A stretch of DNA of 39,692 bases from positions 1 to 39,692 of IMG/VR virus record IMGVR_UViG_3300017705_000879, one strand, 5' to 3'. Below the pieces are notes generated by a model that saw only the letters and a program-made list of their open reading frames with translations, was not told the DNA's origin and did no database searches. Below are positions 7,534 through 14,320 of the stretch, piece by piece. Every line of letters begins with the position of its first letter. Position 1 is the stretch's first letter. Source of the stretch: a virus. Lineage: Duplodnaviria > Caudoviricetes. The position numbers were made by a program, and so were the translations under genes.

Positions 7534-8535
7534 ATGAGTATTTCAAGCAACGCAGTAGTGACAAAAATAACAGTAACGGGATCTAATGCCGATGCGAATG
7601 AGATCTGTGAGTTTCTTTTTAGACACTTCCAGAATACCTCTACGAAGTTTGGTCTTTCTGGATCTGGTGCTGTCGTTGGTGATCACGCCTTTACGATTAC
7701 TTGTTCCGCTGCTGGTGAAGATTGGCAATGTAACTTCCGACGAAAAAACACAACAGAGGTTTATTTATCTGTTGCCTCTGGAACTGGTAGCCTTGGAAAA
7801 TCAGCAGATACTTTCTTTTTGACACCTGGTGCCGCCGCTGGTGCGGCTCCAACCCTATCCGGAACTGATACTTCTGGGGAAGTCCAGGCTATTGATCTCA
7901 GCCTCGTGACCATCCAAGATCCAACCGACGATTCCATTGATATGGTCGTGGTTGAGATGAATGACGCATTTTTTATTTTGTTCGAGGACGGAGCACAACC
8001 AACTGGATCTTATTATCCCTTTTCTTGTCACGCCGGGCGAGTAATGGTTCCGTTTTTTGAGACAGATAAGATCGGCGGCCCTGATGGTCTTGGCGTTATG
8101 GGAACGACCGAGGCGTCGATGATTAGCCCTAGTGCCAACAGTGCGAGAATCAAAGCATTTGTTACAGGTACTTATGATACAGGAACACCAGTAAACAATC
8201 AGGATAATGGCGGTTGGAAGTATTGCAACGCCTTCACCACTTACCAAACCAACAGTATGTATCTTCTTTCTGGATCGGCGGCACCGGAACCATATATTGT
8301 AAATCTGAGAGATGTTAATATCGCAAACTCTGAGTGTTTCGCCGGCTTTACAAAATACCTATTTCACCTCTGCGATGATACGGGCGCAGGGAGGATTGCG
8401 AAAACTGGGGTTTTCAATGGCCTAACTGGTGCTAATCAAGATTCAATGGTATTTATCGGGTACACCACCAGCGTGAGAGAAACCGTCATCCCTTGGACCA
8501 ATGATGGTGCGGGTACACTAGACCCACAACCATAA
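7534..8535 (+). CDS. Ser/Thr/Gly-rich putative virion protein (paralog 2)
   Basis: 333 aa; shares STKFG, TCSAAGEDWQxNFRR, SGTGSLG, DAFFxLxEDG, YP, VPF, DGLG and IPW with paralog 1. Confidence 0.7.
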   Translation: MSISSNAVVTKITVTGSNADANEICEFLFRHFQNTSTKFGLSGSGAVVGDHAFTITCSAAGEDWQCNFRRKNTTEVYLSVASGTGSLGKSADTFFLTPGAAAGAAPTLSGTDTSGEVQAIDLSLVTIQDPTDDSIDMVVVEMNDAFFILFEDGAQPTGSYYPFSCHAGRVMVPFFETDKIGGPDGLGVMGTTEASMISPSANSARIKAFVTGTYDTGTPVNNQDNGGWKYCNAFTTYQTNSMYLLSGSAAPEPYIVNLRDVNIANSECFAGFTKYLFHLCDDTGAGRIAKTGVFNGLTGANQDSMVFIGYTTSVRETVIPWTNDGAGTLDPQP

Positions 8536-8547
8536 GGAAACGATTTT

Positions 8548-10434
8548 ATGAAGATTATCGCAGTTTATCCTGGTCGTTTCCAGCCGATGGCAAAACATCA
8601 CGCCGAGACTTTTCGCTGGCTACAAGACAAATATGGAGTTGATAATACCTTTATTTTGACCTCTGGTAAAATTGATCCTCCGCGCTCTCCTTTCTCATTT
8701 GAAGAAAAGCAGAAAATCATCAATGCTCACGGCTTTAATAACGTTGTCCAGGTTCGCAGCCCCTACCGTCCGGTAGAACTTCTACAAGATTACGATGAGG
8801 AAGACACTGCTGTTATTTTTCTCCTCGGTGAAAAGGACGCAGAACGATTATCAAAAGGCAAATACTTTCAACCGCTAACTGGGGAACCAACTGAAACTTT
8901 TAAAGACCGGGGTTATGTTCTGGTTGCTCCTCACATTAGTATTCCCACATCCAACTTTACCGATCAGGGTGTATTTGACGAAGCAGAGATATTGAGCAAG
9001 GAAATGCTTGAGATTGATCCGACGCTTTCCTTCGAGGGTAAAAACATCAATCACAATCTTGCCGACTTCCTTGGAAGACTTGGGAGAACAAAAAGTAAGC
9101 CCGAATCTCGACAATCCAAATGGGCATCAAGGCTTCTAAGTAAATTTAATGTTGGAGAGGAAAAGAAGAGGTGGAACCAAATAAAGAGTTTTGACCCAGA
9201 GTATAATGCAGGACTTTTTCAGAGGGTAAATAAATTTTTAGATAGTTTGGAACTAAGTGGAACAGCAGCAAGGGGTATCCTAACAAAGAGCAGCAAAGAA
9301 GAGTTTGAAAACATTATGGGTTTTTGGGACGAGGATATTTATAATATGATTAAAGATAAACTAAAGGTAAAAAATCAAGTTTCTGAAACTATTTATAAAT
9401 TAGTTGAGGATGCTATTAACGAGATTAGCGCAGGGGGTGCAGGAGCGGTAGCGGGGGGTGCCGCTCCTCTTCGGAAAGAAGAGGAAGAGGAAGAAGAGGT
9501 CCAAGAAGAAGGGCGATCAACTTTTGATCCGGACCCAGGGGGAAACACAGGTGCTCGGCCAAATTTGAGTTATACTGGCCCTGATGTGGTTGCGGACAAT
9601 TTCAAAGAAGAAGAAGAAGAAGAAACGAAAAAGGAGTCTCTAAAAATGTCACTTAGTCGCGAAGAATTCATCTTAAGGGAATATGTGAGGCGATGCCTAC
9701 GCAAGATCCAGAAAGAGCAAATTAAACTTGCGAAGTCCGAGATTTTACAAGAAATTCGACTAAAGAAATACATCCGTAAAGTCCTTTTGGAAAAGGAAGT
9801 TCCCAACAAGTATACAACTACCGGGGGGAACCTCGCGGAGGCTCTATTCTTGGAGATCGCAAAGCCTGGTGGTGCTCTGGAAAATAAATATAAGAGCCTT
9901 CAAACAAACGAAGAACAAAGGAAGTCTTTTGCGGATTTTGTTATTGAGTTTGTACAAGCCGATTTCGATCTCGCTGAAGAATTTACAAGTAACATTCAAG
10001 ACGCAGAAATGGAAAGTGGAATGGTCCAGGGAGAGGAGACTCTTGAAGAAGAAGACATCAATATTACTGTCGGGGACGCAGAAGAAAAGAAAGCATTTCC
10101 CGATATTGAAGATATCGAAAAAGAACTCGCAGGTGGGGATGAGATTGAAGAAGAACCTGCCGATGGCGAAGAAGAAGATGTGCCCTCCGATTTATCACCA
10201 GACGGAGAGACTGGGTATGTCGCAGCTAAAGAAATATATGATGGGTTCTTAAGAAATCAAATTGACAAATTCTGGGAGCAATTGAAGAATGATAATGACC
10301 GAGGAATCTATAAAACAGCCGTCATTGAAAATTTAAACGCATATTTCCAAAAGTGGGAAAGTGAAGTCACTGAACCTGCTGGTATAGAGGCAGGAGAAGT
10401 CACACCAGGATTTACAGACGAACTAGAAATTTAA
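8548..10434 (+). CDS. HIGH-superfamily cytidylyl/nucleotidyltransferase-like domain fused to a long acidic region
   Basis: YPGRFQPMAKHH, SPFSFEEK, GEKDAER, LSGTAAR; Glu-rich C-terminal half. Confidence 0.75.
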   Translation: MKIIAVYPGRFQPMAKHHAETFRWLQDKYGVDNTFILTSGKIDPPRSPFSFEEKQKIINAHGFNNVVQVRSPYRPVELLQDYDEEDTAVIFLLGEKDAERLSKGKYFQPLTGEPTETFKDRGYVLVAPHISIPTSNFTDQGVFDEAEILSKEMLEIDPTLSFEGKNINHNLADFLGRLGRTKSKPESRQSKWASRLLSKFNVGEEKKRWNQIKSFDPEYNAGLFQRVNKFLDSLELSGTAARGILTKSSKEEFENIMGFWDEDIYNMIKDKLKVKNQVSETIYKLVEDAINEISAGGAGAVAGGAAPLRKEEEEEEEVQEEGRSTFDPDPGGNTGARPNLSYTGPDVVADNFKEEEEEETKKESLKMSLSREEFILREYVRRCLRKIQKEQIKLAKSEILQEIRLKKYIRKVLLEKEVPNKYTTTGGNLAEALFLEIAKPGGALENKYKSLQTNEEQRKSFADFVIEFVQADFDLAEEFTSNIQDAEMESGMVQGEETLEEEDINITVGDAEEKKAFPDIEDIEKELAGGDEIEEEPADGEEEDVPSDLSPDGETGYVAAKEIYDGFLRNQIDKFWEQLKNDNDRGIYKTAVIENLNAYFQKWESEVTEPAGIEAGEVTPGFTDELEI

Positions 10435-10451
10435 ATAGGGAGGAAAAGAAA

Positions 10452-10694
10452 ATGGCTAGTCCAAGAAGAAGAAGAATGAGAAAATTACAACGAGCGGGTG
10501 CCGCCAGTGCCCCCGTTGCTGCGCCGGCAGCAAAAGAAGCACCAGCTACTAAAGCAGTCGCTCCAAAAAAGAAAGCTGCTAAGAAAGCTGTAGTCGTTGA
10601 GGAAATTGCCGAAGAGCACAATGAGTGTGTTGATATCGAGTGCGAAGATAAGGAATGTCTAGATCACGCCGATGCAACTGAAGCTACCGAATAG
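10452..10694 (+). CDS. Small Arg/Ala/Lys-rich protein (histone H1-like segment) with acidic Cys tail
   Basis: SPRRRRMRK and APKKKAAKKA segments; strong GGGAGG SD. Confidence 0.65.
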   Translation: MASPRRRRMRKLQRAGAASAPVAAPAAKEAPATKAVAPKKKAAKKAVVVEEIAEEHNECVDIECEDKECLDHADATEATE

Positions 10695-10696
10695 AG

Positions 10697-11065
10697 ATGG
10701 TCTGGGCTAAAAAGAAAAGAACTCATATTGGTAAAAATCATTATTACTCTACCTGCAATAAGTTAAGAAAAGAAGGTAGATTAAATGATGAGTTTGAAAT
10801 AATGATGTCTGATCTTACATTAGAGGAGATTATCGCCGTAAAATTGGAACTTGCTGCAAAGTCTGCCAAACAGCCTTTGTATGGAGTTCCAATTTGGTTT
10901 TCACTCTATAGTATAGTCCAAGATGCTGTCTTAAAGTACGCATTCTCTGCGACGAGAACGAAAAGAGAGGCAATGAGGTTTTTAGGATTAAGTCCTAAAT
11001 ATTATAATGATCTTCAGGCAAAATTTAAGCCAGATTTATATTTTGAGCAGAAAGGGGGTGAATAG
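10697..11065 (+). CDS. Fis-like helix-turn-helix DNA-binding protein
   Basis: LYSIVQDAVLKYAFSATRTKREAMRFLGLS resembles the Fis/NtrC/TyrR HTH. The last 12 nt overlap the tmRNA. Confidence 0.6.
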   Translation: MVWAKKKRTHIGKNHYYSTCNKLRKEGRLNDEFEIMMSDLTLEEIIAVKLELAAKSAKQPLYGVPIWFSLYSIVQDAVLKYAFSATRTKREAMRFLGLSPKYYNDLQAKFKPDLYFEQKGGE

Positions 11066-11391
11066 GGAATCGACACGATAAGGCGTATTAATAGTGCAGG
11101 TGGATAACGGTAACGAATATCTTAAAAAATGTTACATTTTGTAAATGCAAATAACAATGCAAACTCTTACGCTCTAGCAGCGTAAGTGGGGTTTTCCTAA
11201 TAACCTTAATACCCAACATTAGGCTTAAATAAAATCGGTATCCCGTTAGAATAAAATGGGTGGATTCTGACTCCGATAAGAAAGGTTGGTTAAATCGGTA
11301 AATTTTGTTATTTTAGAAAAAATAAATAAACCTGTGAATGACTTTTGATATATATTATTAGTGGACGGGGGTTCGACTCCCCCCACCTCCA
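11054..11391 (+). ncRNA. ssrA: tmRNA (one-piece, 338 nt, CCA not encoded)
   Basis: Acceptor stem GGGGGTG/CACCTCC with G3-U and discriminator A; T-arm GGGGG-TTCGACT-CCCCC; helix 2 GCAGG/CCTGT; pseudoknot 1 GGATA/TATCT and GTAAC/GTTAC; tag reading frame present. Confidence 0.97.
11147..11185 (+). other. tmRNA tag reading frame ANNNANSYALAA*
   Basis: Resume codon GCA after TAAAT; ends YALAA-TAA. Confidence 0.95.
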
Positions 11392-11454
11392 TAAACAAAT
11401 CTGATCTCCTTCATTTTGTAATACTATATACTATAGATGCAGGAGGGCCAGACA

Positions 11455-11769
11455 ATGAAAATCTTTCTAGAAGTTACAAAATCATTCTGGCAACAACTCG
11501 CAGAAGAATCTCTAAAAAGGGTTGTTGCTACTTTGATTGCCGAGGGTGTTAAAGGTGGAGTTGAGGTACATAAAGAAATTTATAAAAGTAGGCAAATAAG
11601 AAAAGAACATGAATTGATCAAACAAGATGAAGCCTTAAAAGAATTTAGAAAAGACGCTTTAAAAAAAGTATGCAAAGAAGAATCAAAGCCAAAGGCTGCG
11701 GTGAAAACAAGCACGGACGCGAAGCCCTGTAAATGTAATTGCAAGTGTGGAAAAAGTGAAAATAGTTGA
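11455..11769 (+). CDS. Hypothetical protein with C-terminal Cys cluster
   Basis: ATG 11455 after GGAGGG; CKCNCKC at the end. Confidence 0.65.
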   Translation: MKIFLEVTKSFWQQLAEESLKRVVATLIAEGVKGGVEVHKEIYKSRQIRKEHELIKQDEALKEFRKDALKKVCKEESKPKAAVKTSTDAKPCKCNCKCGKSENS

Positions 11770-11947
11770 CATTTTGAGAAAAATTTACTCGGACGGGACA
11801 TTGATGTTCTTTTGTTTTATTTTGAACTTTATTGGCTTTGCCCTTACATATAGATTGGATCTTGTAGAAAAATCGTTTCACTACTTAGGTATGTCTGCAT
11901 TTTGTATAATAACTGCGGCCATCCAACTTAAAAGCTTCAGGAGATAA
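11747..11947 (+). CDS. Small two-TM membrane protein
   Basis: Two hydrophobic segments; fills the gap between neighbours; start uncertain. Confidence 0.5.
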   Translation: MEKVKIVDILRKIYSDGTLMFFCFILNFIGFALTYRLDLVEKSFHYLGMSAFCIITAAIQLKSFRR

Positions 11948-11950
11948 ATA

Positions 11951-12611
11951 ATGCCAACTACATTTACGGGAAGACAAATTCGGGATGAAACTATCACAGT
12001 AGATGATATTGGAGAGGAAGCAGAGGAACAATTTTCCAAAGTAAAGATTTCCTCTGGAGATACGACGACTGATTATTTATCAAGCAAAGTCACTGCCGGA
12101 ACTGGTATTTCTATTAACGTAAACAATTCTGGATCTTATGAGACTATTACTATTGAGAACACAGATTCCTCCGGTGGGCAAATATTTGGCTCAGAATTCT
12201 ACCACACTCAAAGCCTTGGAGCTACAACTATTGAGGATGATGAATTTAATAATAAAATAAGCGGCTCCACCCCATCAGTACCTGCTGGCACTTATCGCCT
12301 TGGTTGGTCATATAATTGGAATAATAATCAAAAGGGTAAAAGTTTTTACTCGCGAATCTTGGTAGATGGAACAAGTATTGGAAATCAAAATGCAACCACT
12401 CTTCAAATGGAGCGAACAAAATACGATTCTGGGGGTTTCATACCCTGATGGTTCCTCTTCTAGTGTTAGGCAAGCTTTTTTGTCTTCCGGATTTGAATAT
12501 TTAACATTTGAAAGTAGTGGATCTCATAGCATTCAATTACAAGTGTGTCACGAGACTGGTAAAAAGGTAACAATTTGGAATGCTAAAGTAGAATTATGGA
12601 GGGTGTCTTGA
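11951..12611 (+). CDS. Tail-fibre/receptor-binding-like protein split by a +1 frameshift (165 aa short form, about 219 aa joined)
   Basis: Frame 0 ends ...GGFIP at CCC-TGA (12443-12448). The +1 frame continues DGSSSSVRQAFLSSGFEYLTF...IWNAKVELWRVS, completing an apparent beta-sandwich. AGGAG SD at the start; none for the +1 ORF. Confidence 0.7.
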
Positions 12612-13159
12612 TGTCTTTTTATTACTCTTTTACAAAAGTCAATGTATATACTGAACAAGTAAGAGAAGGTGTGCTAAGTAGTTCTGCACTTGCCTCAAAA
12701 TACAAAGGAATTCGTTTTGATGAGCCCAATCAATTGCGGATAAAATTTTCTCAGGAGTTGAGTGTATCTGAAATGTCTGAACTAGAATCAATAATTTCAA
12801 ATTACAGTCCAGACCCACTTCCAAATGCCAAATCCACAAAGATATCCGAAATTGATACCAAAACGCAAGTGTTGATTATGGAAGGGTTTCAGTTTGATAA
12901 TAATACCTTCAGTCTTTCCCTTGAGGCTCAAAAAAACTGGCTGGCGTTAAAAAGCCTAGAATCTATGTTTACTTTCCCAGTGGAAATTACAACCTTAGAC
13001 AATAAAGCATATCTGCTACAGCAATCAAATTTGGACTCCTTTGTTGGTCTTGGCATACAAACAGTCCAGGGATACTTAAACAGTGGACGCGCCCTGAAAG
13101 AACAGGTTTGTAATGCCTCCACATTACCAGAAGTAGATAGTATTATTGATAATCGATAA
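12611..13159 (+). CDS. DUF4376-like tail fibre-associated protein
   Basis: TGATG overlap; KISEID...EGFQFD...FSLSLEAQKNW...TLDN pattern. Confidence 0.6.
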   Translation: MSFYYSFTKVNVYTEQVREGVLSSSALASKYKGIRFDEPNQLRIKFSQELSVSEMSELESIISNYSPDPLPNAKSTKISEIDTKTQVLIMEGFQFDNNTFSLSLEAQKNWLALKSLESMFTFPVEITTLDNKAYLLQQSNLDSFVGLGIQTVQGYLNSGRALKEQVCNASTLPEVDSIIDNR

Positions 13160-13199
13160 AAATAAAGCCCCATACCTTTTAAAGTATGAGGCTTGTTTT
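13158..13199. terminator. Bidirectional intrinsic terminator between convergent genes
   Basis: AAGCCCCATAC/GTATGAGGCTT stem, A-tract on the left and T-tract on the right. The mismatch becomes G-U on the - strand. Confidence 0.75.
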
Positions 13200-13209
13200 G
13201 TAGTGTCTA

Positions 13210-14214
13210 CTATAAATTCAGCAGGATAGAATTAAGCCTTTCCTTGTCGGCTGGAAGTTCCGCCTCTAGACTAACAAATTCACTTTCCTCTTCCTCTTTA
13301 TAATGAATTGTATCTAAGGGGCCATCCAAGAATGTCTTAACCTCGTTATAAGTACTTCCATATGAAATTTCAGGCAAACGAACGTGGACCGAATGGATGA
13401 GACTTACCAAAAAGTATTTACCATTGATTTTTTTATAAACCGGAGAGCCGGAGCTTCCTGGTGCGACCGTTAACCCACTAAAGACAAAAGATTGTTCACT
13501 TCTCCGAGGACAAAAATATGTCTTCTTAGAGCACAAGCCAGCATAATATCCTTCAAAAATTGGAACCATATCCGGTTTAAAGATCCCCAAGGGGGCAGCA
13601 GTATTATATACCTTCTCACCAATCTCTGGTGGGTCTTGTGCAAGTTTAACTTTTGGATAGGGAATTCGCTTTCGAGTCTTCAACAAACATAAGTCCGCTA
13701 CTGGGTCAAGTTTAATAATTTTAGAAAAATATAATTTGCCTTTTAGGTCAGCTACGAAGATAAAAGATTGAATTTTGATTTTTTGAATATTTGTATAATC
13801 TCCAATTGGTTGCGGAAATTTCAAATCTTTCATTTGTGGATATTGTTTTTCCAGGCGTTGTTTAAAATCTTTAGGGAAGCTATTCTTTGATTCACAAACA
13901 TGAGCAGCAGTTAACACAATAGAGTGTTTAGATGTTTTGTCGGTATTTTCGATCTTAGATGTTGTTTGATCGACAATAACCCCAGATCCTTGAGCGACTC
14001 TTGGACCAAGATAGTGAGAATAGTCCGAAGTGAACGCACAATACTCCTTTCCCTTGACACTGCTGCATAAATTTATAATGTATGTTTTTTTAATGTGGGT
14101 AAATGACTTTCTTGGGATTTTTTGTTCCCCAGGATGCAAAACCGTACTGCCACAACTTACAGACAGGAATGTAAAAAAACTTATCAACAAAATGGCTATT
14201 TTTCTATCGTTCAT
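13210..14214 (-). CDS. Trypsin-like serine protease, probable lipoprotein
   Basis: Catalytic triad motifs TAAHVC, ADLCLL, PGSSGSP; signal peptide ending SVSC. Confidence 0.88.
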   Translation of the reverse strand: MNDRKIAILLISFFTFLSVSCGSTVLHPGEQKIPRKSFTHIKKTYIINLCSSVKGKEYCAFTSDYSHYLGPRVAQGSGVIVDQTTSKIENTDKTSKHSIVLTAAHVCESKNSFPKDFKQRLEKQYPQMKDLKFPQPIGDYTNIQKIKIQSFIFVADLKGKLYFSKIIKLDPVADLCLLKTRKRIPYPKVKLAQDPPEIGEKVYNTAAPLGIFKPDMVPIFEGYYAGLCSKKTYFCPRRSEQSFVFSGLTVAPGSSGSPVYKKINGKYFLVSLIHSVHVRLPEISYGSTYNEVKTFLDGPLDTIHYKEEEESEFVSLEAELPADKERLNSILLNL

Positions 14215-14260
14215 CAGAATGTTCCTCCCAACTACTCAGATTATCTCTGATGTATAATAT

Positions 14261-14295
14261 TAAATAGAGAAGAAAACTATTAAACTCTATATTTA
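14261..14295. promoter_or_regulatory. Back-to-back putative late promoters
   Basis: CTATTTA on the - strand (14261-14267) facing the protease; ATATTTA on the + strand (14289-14295) facing phoH. Confidence 0.45.
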
Positions 14296-14320
14296 TTATA
14301 GACACAACAAAAGACTTCAT

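Noticed and set aside
6517-8535. Diversity-generating retroelement template/variable repeat pair
   Set aside because: Differences are mostly synonymous and not adenine-specific, both copies are full genes, and no reverse transcriptase is present.
9475-9630. GAA/GAG runs as microsatellites
   Set aside because: They are in-frame poly-Glu tracts of an acidic protein with mixed codons.
11361-11391. Prophage attachment site at the ssrA 3' end
   Set aside because: No duplicate of the 3' end and no integrase in the window; gene style is the same on both sides.
11361-11552. 63-aa ORF from the ORF track
   Set aside because: Starts inside the tmRNA T-arm and overlaps a better ORF with a strong SD.
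12366-12611. Independent 81-aa gene
   Set aside because: No SD, and its first codons overlap the upstream gene. The remainder reads as the missing C-terminus of the 11951 protein.
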